Origin: Nitrospirota bacterium
GTDB lineage: Bacteria > Nitrospirota > UBA9217
Reading direction: 5' to 3'
NCBI GenBank assembly: GCA_046704425.1
Contig: JBJKRX010000083.1
Location: 1-60,689, forward strand
DNA length: 60,689 nt
Shown: positions 37,847-46,909 of the stretch, piece by piece
Numbering within the stretch: the stretch's first letter is position 1
Layout: the number at the start of each line of letters is the position of its first letter
Notes under the pieces: model-generated
What the model was told of the DNA's origin: nothing
The model's input: only the letters and a program-made list of their open reading frames with translations
Database searches by the model: none
Position numbers and translations under genes: made by a program

Positions 37847-40316
37847 ATGCAGAACTACTGGACAACAAAGGGCCTCTCCCTGCTTCTGGCAGGATGCCTC
37901 GGCCTGGCCCTGGCCGGCTGCAGCCACCGTTCCAACAGCACCAGCAGCAGCATTTCTTCCACTAGTACGCCGAGCATCAGCCACACCTATGCCATTGTCG
38001 ATACCGGCCAGACTGACTGCTACGACTCAACAACCGGCACGGTCACGGCCTGCACGGGCACGGGGTACGACGCCGATTATTCCGGCAATCAGCCGAGCTA
38101 TACGGTAAGCGCCGACGGCAAGGCGGTGACGGACAACGTGACCGGCCTCGTCTGGCAGCAGAGCACCGACACCAACGGCGACGGCCAGGTGACCTACGAC
38201 GACAAGATGTACCAGTCCGATGCCGCGACTTATTGCCAGAACCTGGTGCTGGACGGTCGGGACGACTGGCGTCTGCCTTCCCTCAAGGAGCTCTATTCGC
38301 TCATCCAGTTCACGGGCAAGGACCCGAGCAGCTATACGGGCACCGACACCTCGATCCTCACCCCCTTTATCAGCCATGTCTTCGACTGGGCCTTCGGGGA
38401 CCTGAGCTCGGGTCATGACCGCATCATCGACGGCCAGTACGCCACGAGCACCGACTACGTCAGTACGACCATGAACAACAATGCCACCATGTTCGGGGTG
38501 AACTTCGTGGACGGCCGCATCAAGGGCTACCCGCTGGCCGTAAAGAAATTCTATGTCCGCTGCGTCGCGGGCAACCCCGACTACGGCAAGAACCAGTTCG
38601 TCGATAACGGAGACCAGACCATAAGCGACAACGCAACGGGTCTCATGTGGCAGAAGAACGACAACGACTCGAGCAATTGGGACGATGCCGTAGCGTCATG
38701 CGAGTCCGCCACCACTGCCGGGTACACCGACTGGCGGCTGCCGAACGCCAAGGAGCTGCAGAGCATCGTCGATTACACGCGCTCCCCGGACACCACCGCG
38801 AGCGCGGCCATCGATCCCCTGTTCAGCGCCACCTCCTTCACTAACGAGAACGGCCAGAAAGACTGGGGCTATTACTGGGCCTCGACAACGCATATGGATT
38901 TTAACGGCTACGGCAACGACGGCGTGTACGTGGCATTCGGCCGGGCCCTGGGGTACATGAACGGAACCATCATGGACGTGCACGGCGCCGGGGCCCAGCG
39001 CTGCAACGACAAGCTGGACGTGGCCACCGAGCCCGGCGTGCAATCGGCCACCAATGCCTACGGCACCTTCTATTACAAAGGGCCGCAAGGGGACATCCTG
39101 CGCAACGATAATAAAGTACGCTGCGTGCGGGACATGGACTCGAACGCCACTGCCACTACCACGGTCGCTCCCGAATATACCCTCTTCGCGCCGCTCCAGT
39201 CCAGGACCACCTATCTGATCGACGCCCAAACCAATACGGTCCACACCTGGCAAGGCGATGCCAGGCCGGGCTTATCGGTCTATCTGCTGCCTGACGGCGA
39301 GCTCCTGCGCACCGAACACGTGGGCACCCTGCCCACGACCTTTTCGAGCAATGTAGGCGGGAGCGGCGGGGTGATCGAGATCCTGGACTGGAACGGCAAC
39401 GTGGTCTGGAGCACGACCCTGGCCACCGATACCTATCTGGCCAATCATGATGTAGCGGTCCTGCCGAACGGGAATATCCTGGCCATCGTCTGGGAGGCAA
39501 AGAGCGCCGCGGACGTGCTTGCCCTGGGGAGGACCAGCGTTTCCACCCCCACGGTCTGGGCCGGGGCGGTCTATGAGATCTGCCGCCACAGCGCCACCAA
39601 CAGCTGCACTGACGGCGACATCGTCTGGAAGTGGAGTTCCTGGGACCATGTGGCGCAGGACGTAAACAGCAGCATCCCAAGCACCTATGTGACGAACATC
39701 AGCGACCATCCCGACCTGATCGATCTCAATTATGTGCCCGGCCAGAGCACGACCGGCTTTCCCGACTGGATGCACTTCAACGGCATCGATTACAATGCCG
39801 CAAAGGACGAGATCCTGATCAGCGTGCATAACTTCAACGAGTACTGGATCATCGATCACGCTGATTCGACCAAGGGCATCCTTGCCCGCGTGGGCAATCC
39901 CGCGGCCTACGGCGGCACAGGCCCCGCAGGTCCTCTTCGGCCAGCACGACGCCCACTGGATCCCCACAGGCCTGCCCGGTGCCGGCAATATCCTCGTATT
40001 CAACAACGGCCTCAATCGACCGGCAGGCGCCTACTCCTCGGTGGATGAATTCTGCGGTGATGTGAGCAACAACTGCACCCCCGGCGATCTCGTGTCCAGT
40101 TACTCCCAGGGCGTTTCCGGCAATTTCTACTCCGATCACCTCGGCAGCGCCCAGCGTTTGGCAAACGGCGACACCCTGATATGCGAAGGTACTACCGGCC
40201 GCCTGTTTACCTACAACAGTAATAATGTAATCGACTGGCAGTACAACTACGGCGGCGAGATCTTCCGGGCCATCGATTACGATGCCGATTATTCCGGATT
40301 GGCCAATTTGCAGTAG
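37847..40316 (+). CDS. Lipoprotein fusing tandem DUF1566 domains to an arylsulfotransferase (ASST)-like domain; one +1 frameshift near 39922 (sequencing error or pseudogene)
   Basis: LAGC lipobox; two DN.TGL.W...DWRLP..KEL repeats; NHD...LPNGNIL, DWMHFNGIDY; GQHDAHW...ILVFNNG...SAQRLANG continues in another frame; deleting one C of GCCCCG joins the frames. Confidence 0.82.
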
Positions 40317-40379
40317 CGGGCATTTCTGTGATAAAATCTAGCCACCTTTGCTATAAGTATTTTTTATAGGAATTTTCTG

Positions 40380-40408
40380 TTGACTTTCCTTCCGATATGC
40401 CCTATTGT
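40380..40408 (+). promoter_or_regulatory. Sigma70 promoter of the AT-rich cassette
   Basis: TTGACT-N17-TATTGT. Confidence 0.5.
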
Positions 40409-40459
40409 TGGCATGAAATTATCCCCCCGCCGAGAAATAAACGCTTATTTAACGAATAG

Positions 40460-40705
40460 ATGCTTAATATCATCCCATGGGACACCATAAAAACCTTCAT
40501 CAAAAATCTAGGGTTGGTGAAGGGAACCTTTGTTGTCTTCTTTTGGATCATGCATGCCATGTACTTTCGCGCAATGCGTGGTAGACTTGAAGATAGGCAA
40601 AAGGAAATAGATCGCGTTGCCGCAGAAAATCACGAATATCGCGAACGCTTTCTTGCTATAATTGATAAAAATAATGGGTATAAACCCAAGAAGGGAGAGC
40701 GCTGA
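40460..40705 (+). CDS. Small hypothetical membrane protein (one TM plus charged coiled coil)
   Basis: 81 aa ORF in AT-rich DNA; stop overlaps the next start (TGATG) with an internal GGGAGA RBS. Confidence 0.7.
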   Translation: MLNIIPWDTIKTFIKNLGLVKGTFVVFFWIMHAMYFRAMRGRLEDRQKEIDRVAAENHEYRERFLAIIDKNNGYKPKKGER

Positions 40706-41250
40706 TGTTTTATCTCCTGTTTGTACCGACAACCATTCTCTTGTTAATAATGCTTATCGATTTACGGCGAGTCACGAAACACGATCGTGTTTTGTTTCGA
40801 TTTTGCCAGATTCGACGCGACGTCGTCTCATTGCTGGCCGAGGACTCTCTCAGCAAAACCGATTATAGAGTTGCGCGTTCTCTCCTCGATGCAACAAGCA
40901 CGACGATTCATCATTTTAATACGCTTAAAGTCACGGCATTTAATTTCAGACGCTACATTGTATGGTTTAAGGATTATAGGAAGAACGCGAAGCAAATTGA
41001 TCACCTTGCGACAGATAATCCGAAGATAAATAAAATTAAACATCTTTATCGCAATGCAATGCTGAACGCTTTTCTCTGTTATACGCCTTTGATTAGATCG
41101 CAAATGGTGGTTGAACTATTTATAGCCCTGCTGGGCCTTATACTTCGACTTGGCATAAAGTCTTTGCGAATCGAAAAATCAGTCAACTACCTGACATGGC
41201 TAAAAAGTGAACGGTCCGCATTCTCCAATCATAGCCTACAACATGCCTAA
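40705..41250 (+). CDS. Hypothetical basic membrane protein (N-terminal and C-terminal TM)
   Basis: 181 aa ORF in AT-rich DNA, translationally coupled, followed by a terminator. Confidence 0.75.
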   Translation: MFYLLFVPTTILLLIMLIDLRRVTKHDRVLFRFCQIRRDVVSLLAEDSLSKTDYRVARSLLDATSTTIHHFNTLKVTAFNFRRYIVWFKDYRKNAKQIDHLATDNPKINKIKHLYRNAMLNAFLCYTPLIRSQMVVELFIALLGLILRLGIKSLRIEKSVNYLTWLKSERSAFSNHSLQHA

Positions 41251-41255
41251 CCATG

Positions 41256-41283
41256 GGGCGGCGCATAGCCGCCCTTTTTATTT
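41256..41283 (+). terminator. Intrinsic terminator of the AT-rich cassette
   Basis: GGGCGGC-GCATA-GCCGCCC-TTTTTATTT. Confidence 0.75.
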
Positions 41284-41354
41284 CTGAATATTCCCGCCTT
41301 AATAACTGCCTGCCTCGCCCGCCGTTCCCCCTGCATCCTCTGTGGTAAGATTCA

Positions 41355-41544
41355 CTACGCCTTCACGGAAAACGCCTCTACATGCTCGATGACGAAGCTC
41401 TTATACACCCACACCAGCCGCCGCCCCGGACCGTTCGGATAATAGCAGGTGAGGTACCCCAGAGCGATAAGGTTATAGATCTCCCGCACGGAGAGCGACA
41501 TAAAATCCGCCACCTGCTTCGGGCTCAGACAAAATAGGGGACAT
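41355..41544 (-). pseudogene. Excisionase/AlpA-like HTH remnant
   Basis: Manual translation LSPKQVADFMSLSVREIYNLIALGYL...VWVYKSFVIEHVEAFSVKA*; the nearest upstream ATG (41544) is out of frame. Confidence 0.55.
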
Positions 41545-41836
41545 CCTATAATCCCCCTGTCAAGCCCGGATTCCTTTCATCGCTATTTCAAAACCAAACT
41601 TCTTGGGGTCAGGTCCATACTCTTTACATTTGAAGTCTTCGCATAGAATCCTGCCGCCATAATGTATAGGTCATCAGTAGTTTCAAGGAAAGTTCAGCAG
41701 ACTGTCACATCTGCGACGTCATCAGGGTAGTTGCTGCCCCTGACCATTCTGCTCATCCCCTCAATCTCCGCCACCCTGATTCGGATCATATTCCATAGCG
41801 ATTTGAATGGGTATTATAATCGCGGAGGGAGAACCT

Positions 41837-41992
41837 ATGCTCTGCTGCCCGATCTGCGATAAGCCGTTGGAAGTGAAAACGAGCACGGGGTGGGAATGCC
41901 GTTGTGGTGAGCTGATCCCTTTCGGGATGGAAAAGGACGACGCGAAGAGTTGCACTACCTGTACGATGAAAGCCTGCCCGAGAAGAAAATAA
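41837..41992 (+). CDS. Cys-rich microprotein, putative metal-binding
   Basis: GGAGGGAG RBS; MLCCPICD...WECRCGE...CTTCTMKACP (8 Cys in 51 aa). Confidence 0.6.
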   Translation: MLCCPICDKPLEVKTSTGWECRCGELIPFGMEKDDAKSCTTCTMKACPRRK

Positions 41993-42007
41993 CGCCAGCC
42001 GAATCGA

Positions 42008-42583
42008 TCACGCCTGCACTTCTTGATGCCGGAAGCAATCCACGAGATGATCGTTCACCATCCCCGCGGCCTGCATGAAGGCATAGCAGATGGTCGAGCC
42101 CACGAAGGTGAACCCCCGCTTTTTCATGTCCTTGCTCATGGCGTCCGACTCCCGGGATGTTGCCGGGATATCGCTAAGCCGCCTGCGCCGATTCTGCTTT
42201 GTCTTCCCGCCAGTGAACTGCCAGATATAGGCGTCGAAGGACCCGAACTCCTTTTGGACTGCGAGGACCTGCCGGGCGTTTGTAATGGCGGATTCTATCT
42301 TGAGCCGATTGCGGATGATGCCCGGGTCTTTGAGCAGCCGCGTCACATCCCTCTGGGTAAAGCGGGCCACGATCCTGGGATCGAATCCCGTAAAGGCCTT
42401 GCGGTAGTTCTCCCGCTTTTTGAGCACCGTGGACCACGAGAGCCCTGCCTGCGCGCCGTCCAGCACGATGAACTCGTAGAGCTTTTGATCGTCATGGAGC
42501 GGCACGCCCCACTCGGTGTCGTGATAGGCGATCATGAGCGGATCATCCGCAGGCCAGGGACATCGCTTTATTCTTTTCTTCAT
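42008..42583 (-). CDS. tag: DNA-3-methyladenine glycosylase I
   Basis: RCPW...YHDTEWG, QAGLSW, IIRNRLKI, FVGSTICYAFMQA.GMVNDH..C. Confidence 0.95.
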   Translation of the reverse strand: MKKRIKRCPWPADDPLMIAYHDTEWGVPLHDDQKLYEFIVLDGAQAGLSWSTVLKKRENYRKAFTGFDPRIVARFTQRDVTRLLKDPGIIRNRLKIESAITNARQVLAVQKEFGSFDAYIWQFTGGKTKQNRRRRLSDIPATSRESDAMSKDMKKRGFTFVGSTICYAFMQAAGMVNDHLVDCFRHQEVQA

Positions 42584-42644
42584 GTCTTCTTCCTCACCGA
42601 CTCGATCACCATTCAACACCAGCCCCTGTATCCGTTCCACACGG

Positions 42645-43895
42645 TCATTCGTGCCGAAGGGCGACGATCGGATCGAGCCGTGATGCCTTCCATGCGGGAT
42701 AGAGCCCGGAAAAGACCCCGACAGCGAGTGCGAAAAGGGGTGCAATGACGAGCGATGCCGGAGGGATGGACATGGGCCAGCCCAAGGCGTACCCGAGGAG
42801 GAACGAGCCGGCGATGCCGACCAAGAGCCCCAAGACGCTTCCGAACAGGCTCAGGATCACGGCCTCTTCCAGGAATTGTATCTGGATCGCCCGTGTTTTT
42901 GCCCCGACTGCCATGCGCAACCCGATCTCCTTCGTCCGCTCGGTGACCGACACCAGCATGACGTTCATGATGCCGATCCCGCCGACGAGCAGGGAGATGG
43001 AAGCGACGCTAAGGAGAAACAGGGAAAGCGTTCGATTTGCCTGGATCTGGGCCTTGATCAGGTCTTCCGGATGGCGGATGTTGAAATCATCGGGGGCCCC
43101 GTCCCGGATATGGTGTCGCCACCGGAGGAGCGCGGTGATCTGATCGATGGCCGGGCGGATCGCCTTGAGCGAGACGGCAGAGCACATGATGTCGTCCAGC
43201 CAGACGAAACCGACACCCCGGATCTTCTTGAGGACCGTTGTGTAGGGCATGATAACGACGTCGTCCTGGTCGTGGCCGGTTGCCGTCTGTCCCTTGGGCG
43301 CCAACACCCCGAGGATCCGGAAGATCTGTCTATTGATGCGTACGTGTTGCCCGACGGGATCTGCGGAGCCGAAGAGCTTTTGGCCGACCGTCGGGCCGAT
43401 CAAACAGACATCCGCCACGTGCTCTACATCGGTCCGGGTAAAGCAAGCGCCTTTCGCGATCGCAAGATGCCTGATTGCGAAAAACGCCGGCGTTACCCCG
43501 CGATAATGGGTCGTCCAGTTCCGGTTCGGGCCGATAACGAGCAAGGAGCCGTCGACGTTCGGCGAAACGCTCTTGATGAACGGGACGCCCTGTTGGATCG
43601 CTTCTGCATCCTGCATGGTAAGCGACGTCATGCCGTGCGTTCCGGAACGGACCCCGTTTACGTTGCGGGAACCCGCTTCGATCCAGACCAGATTGTCCCC
43701 GAGGTTTTGCAGCCGTTGCTCCGCCTGCCGGGAACCGGCCGTGCCGATGGCCACGACACAAACGACCGCGGCGATCCCGATCGTAATGCCGATTGCCGAG
43801 AGCGTGCTCCGTAATTTATTGCGGGAGAGCGCACGGACCGCCTCCCGGCCGGCGAGAACGAGCGATCCAAGGAACGATTTTCGAATACTTGCCAT
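42645..43895 (-). CDS. MacB/FtsX-like ABC transporter permease
   Basis: RSTLSAIGITIG, VGGIGIMNVMLVSVTERTKEIGLRMAVGA, GLYPAWKASRLDPIVALR. Confidence 0.92.
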   Translation of the reverse strand: MASIRKSFLGSLVLAGREAVRALSRNKLRSTLSAIGITIGIAAVVCVVAIGTAGSRQAEQRLQNLGDNLVWIEAGSRNVNGVRSGTHGMTSLTMQDAEAIQQGVPFIKSVSPNVDGSLLVIGPNRNWTTHYRGVTPAFFAIRHLAIAKGACFTRTDVEHVADVCLIGPTVGQKLFGSADPVGQHVRINRQIFRILGVLAPKGQTATGHDQDDVVIMPYTTVLKKIRGVGFVWLDDIMCSAVSLKAIRPAIDQITALLRWRHHIRDGAPDDFNIRHPEDLIKAQIQANRTLSLFLLSVASISLLVGGIGIMNVMLVSVTERTKEIGLRMAVGAKTRAIQIQFLEEAVILSLFGSVLGLLVGIAGSFLLGYALGWPMSIPPASLVIAPLFALAVGVFSGLYPAWKASRLDPIVALRHE

Positions 43896-44099
43896 GGGTC
43901 CTTTCATGCGCGGGTTCGCTAACGAAGCACAAGTCACATGGTCGACCTACGAGACATTGTCGTACAATGCAATATACACCAGTAGTCGGCCATTCGCGAT
44001 CTGTTCTCCGATCCGATCTCTTTTCCCTCACCCCCTCGATCGTCATCGCCTTGGTTCCGTTCCTATCCGGCAGCGATAGGGATAGACACTTGTGCTGTA

Positions 44100-44128
44100 T
44101 TGACAGACAGCCAAATATGCCATATCAT
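44100..44128 (+). promoter_or_regulatory. Sigma70 promoter
   Basis: TTGACA-N17-TATCAT. Confidence 0.6.
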
Positions 44129-44178
44129 CATGGCGCGCGTGCAGCGCCTGAACATTTGTACTGCCACAGGGAGGCTAC

Positions 44179-44649
44179 ATGGAAGTGCAAGAGTTGATCA
44201 AGGACCTGAAGAACGGGATCGGCATGGTCAGGGTGAATGCCGCTACGGCGCTCGGAAAGATCGGCGGACCGCAGGCGGAGAATGCATTGATCGCAGTGCT
44301 CGGCGATCAGAACATGGCGGTCAGGAGCAACGCAGCCTTTGCCCTGGGAGAAATGGATGCAAAGGCGGCGGCGTCCGCGCTCCTGCGATTACTGCAGGAT
44401 CCGGAAGAACGGGTCAGGAAGAGCGCGGTGAAGGCATTGGGCTTGATCCGCACGAAGGAAGCCGTTGCCCCTCTTTCCGACCTCCTCGCGACGGAAGCCT
44501 CCCGGGTCGTCAGAAAAAGCATCATCCGCAGCCTCGGCCAGATCGGCGGTCCGGACGCCCTCCGCAGCGTCACCCCCTTTACCACCCATGGCGACAGTTT
44601 GCTTGCAGAGACCGCGAAAACAGCGCTTGCGCAGATCAGGAAAACCTGA
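44179..44649 (+). CDS. HEAT (PBS lyase-like) repeat protein
   Basis: Repeated VR..AA.ALG.I motifs; GGAGG RBS. Confidence 0.88.
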   Translation: MEVQELIKDLKNGIGMVRVNAATALGKIGGPQAENALIAVLGDQNMAVRSNAAFALGEMDAKAAASALLRLLQDPEERVRKSAVKALGLIRTKEAVAPLSDLLATEASRVVRKSIIRSLGQIGGPDALRSVTPFTTHGDSLLAETAKTALAQIRKT

Positions 44650-44662
44650 GGGTCCTGCCCCT

Positions 44663-45802
44663 TCACGCCCCCTTCTTCCTCACCAACTCGATCACCGTCA
44701 CCTCGGGCGGCGCAAATACCCGAATGGGCGGTCCCCAGGTACCGGTGCCGCGGCTCGTATGGAGCAGCGACCCCTTGCCCAGGTCGTAGGTCCCGGCGAT
44801 GTAGGGATAAGTGGCCTTCACGATATAGTAGAAAGGCCAGATCTGGCCGTCGTGCGTATGGCCCGAGAGCATGAGGTCGAAGAGCCCGATGGCGTCCTTG
44901 TCCGGCGTTGGCTGGTGCTTGAGGAAGAGCACGAACTTCTTGTGGTCCAGGCCGGCGAGCACTGACGCGTCCGGGACCTTTGCTTCCAGCTTGAGCTGCA
45001 CGGCTGCATGGTCGTCCACGCCCGCCACCTCGATCGGCCCGATGTCCTCGGCCCTGTTCCGCAACACCGTGAAGCCCGCGGCCTCCGTAAAATCCATCGC
45101 CTTCTTGATCCCTGCATAGAACTCGTGGTTCCCGGTGATGGCGATCTTGCCGTAGGGCGGATCGATGCTCCGGAACCGCTCGACCATGCCGGGCAGGTGA
45201 TTGATCTGGGCGTCCACCAGGTCGCCGGTCGAGACGAGGAGGTCGGGCTTGGCCGCCCGGACCACGGAGAGGATGCGGTCGAGCCGGTCGCACCGCACGA
45301 TGAGCCCCAGGTGCACGTCCGTGATCTGGACGATCGTGAAGTGGTCCATGCCCTGCGGCAGCTTGGTGGTCTCGATCCGGACGGTTTCCGGCTGGATGTT
45401 CCAGGCCGCGGCATAGCCGTAGACGCAGGCCATAAGCGAGATGCCGAGACAGAGGAAGAATTCCAGCCGCGCGGGCACGAGGCGCAGGGGCAGTGCGAGG
45501 CCGAAATGGCGGGCGAGAGAGGCGATAAGGTTTACGAGGTCGAGGACGAGCGCGGAGCAATCGAAGAGGAAGAGGACGGCGAGCCAGGTCCAGGCGACCC
45601 AGGCGAGGACCCGCGCCAGGGTCTCGAAGTCGCGGCCCTCCAGCGCCCGGATCAGGAAGGGCGAGAAGACCATGAAGAGCATGAAGATCGCGAGCGCCGT
45701 TCCCACGGCGTAGCCGAACCCGAAGGCCGCATGGGCGCGGTGGAACGCGTAGGCGTGCATCCCGCCGTAGATCGCAAAGACGATAAGGAAGAACACGCTC
45801 AT
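44663..45802 (-). CDS. Membrane-anchored metallophosphoesterase (YkuE-like)
   Basis: DVHLG, GDLVD, GNHE, HQP, SGHTHDGQ, GTWGPP. Confidence 0.92.
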   Translation of the reverse strand: MSVFFLIVFAIYGGMHAYAFHRAHAAFGFGYAVGTALAIFMLFMVFSPFLIRALEGRDFETLARVLAWVAWTWLAVLFLFDCSALVLDLVNLIASLARHFGLALPLRLVPARLEFFLCLGISLMACVYGYAAAWNIQPETVRIETTKLPQGMDHFTIVQITDVHLGLIVRCDRLDRILSVVRAAKPDLLVSTGDLVDAQINHLPGMVERFRSIDPPYGKIAITGNHEFYAGIKKAMDFTEAAGFTVLRNRAEDIGPIEVAGVDDHAAVQLKLEAKVPDASVLAGLDHKKFVLFLKHQPTPDKDAIGLFDLMLSGHTHDGQIWPFYYIVKATYPYIAGTYDLGKGSLLHTSRGTGTWGPPIRVFAPPEVTVIELVRKKGA

Positions 45803-46878
45803 CTGCCGAAGCTGACCCCCATTCCCTCGGCGATCCTGACGAGCTCGCCCGCGGGGTCCACGAGCTTCAGTTGGCTGATGGCGGACTCGAGCGGCACCGA
45901 GGTGATCACGGGCGGCTGGAACGAGACCATCTCACCGTACTTCTTCTGCGCGATCAGATCCGCCGCTGCCGCGCCGTAGCGCGTGGCAAGCAGGCGGTCG
46001 AAGGCGCAGGGGCTGCCGCCGCGCTGCACGTGTCCCAGCACCGTCACCCGGGTCTCGAAGCCCGTGCGCTTCGTGATCTCGCTCCCCACCGTGTCCCCCA
46101 TGCCGCCGAGCCGAAGGGCGTAGCCGTCGGCAGCGCATTCCTTCACCGCCATCTCGCCGCCCACGGGCTTCGCGCCCTCGGCCACCACCACGATGCTCGA
46201 CTTGCTCCCGCCCTTCTTGCGTTCGAGCAGCTTCTCGGCTACCTTTTCCATGCTGAAGGGGATCTCGGGGATCAGGATCACGTCGGCGCTCCCGGCCATG
46301 CCCGCTTCGAGCGCGATCCAGCCCGCGTACCGGCCCATCACCTCCAGGACGATCACGCGCTGGTGGCTCTCGGCCGTGGTATGCAGCTTGTCGAGCGCCT
46401 CGGTCGCCGTGTCCACCGCGGTCTGGAACCCGAAGGTCACGTAGGTGGCCATCAGGTCGTTGTCGATCGTCTTGGGCACGCCGATCACGGGCACGCCGAG
46501 CTTATGGATGCCGTGGCCGATCTTGAGCGAGCCGTCCCCGCCGATGACCACGAGCGCGTCGAGACCCAGCTCGCTGATGTTGCTGAGGACCAGGGAGGAC
46601 ATGTCCTCCACGATCTCGCGGCCGTTCACCACGGTCTTGTGCGCGAAGGGGTTGCCGCGGTTCGTGGTGCCCAGGATGGTGCCGCCCACGATCAGGATGC
46701 CGCGGGTGTTCCAGGAGGTGAGCTGCCGGGTCTTGGTGGGCGAGAGCAGGCCCTCGAACCCGTCGATGATCCCCGTCACCTCCCAGCCGTACTTGAAGAT
46801 GGCCGTCTTCGTGACCGCGCGGATGACCGCGTTCAGGCCCGGCGCGTCGCCGCCGCCGGACAGTACGCCGATTCTCAT
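45799..46878 (-). CDS. pfkA: 6-phosphofructokinase (mixed-substrate/group III type, probably ATP-dependent)
   Basis: GGGDAPGLNA, GGDGS, PKTIDND, EVMGR, LGHVQRGG. Confidence 0.93.
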   Translation of the reverse strand: MRIGVLSGGGDAPGLNAVIRAVTKTAIFKYGWEVTGIIDGFEGLLSPTKTRQLTSWNTRGILIVGGTILGTTNRGNPFAHKTVVNGREIVEDMSSLVLSNISELGLDALVVIGGDGSLKIGHGIHKLGVPVIGVPKTIDNDLMATYVTFGFQTAVDTATEALDKLHTTAESHQRVIVLEVMGRYAGWIALEAGMAGSADVILIPEIPFSMEKVAEKLLERKKGGSKSSIVVVAEGAKPVGGEMAVKECAADGYALRLGGMGDTVGSEITKRTGFETRVTVLGHVQRGGSPCAFDRLLATRYGAAAADLIAQKKYGEMVSFQPPVITSVPLESAISQLKLVDPAGELVRIAEGMGVSFGR

Positions 46879-46909
46879 ACCAACCTCCCGGGGAAGACCC
46901 GTTTCCTTG

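Noticed and set aside
31216-39140. Diversity-generating retroelement suggested by FGE and DUF1566 (C-type-lectin-fold) proteins
   Set aside because: No reverse transcriptase and no near-identical template repeat in the window; the DUF1566 paralogs differ at all base types, not only adenines. A remote DGR cannot be excluded.
41245-41340. Integron attC site (GCCTAAC overlapping the stop codon)
   Set aside because: No matching GTTRRRY at a suitable distance; the following hairpin is an ordinary terminator; no integrase.
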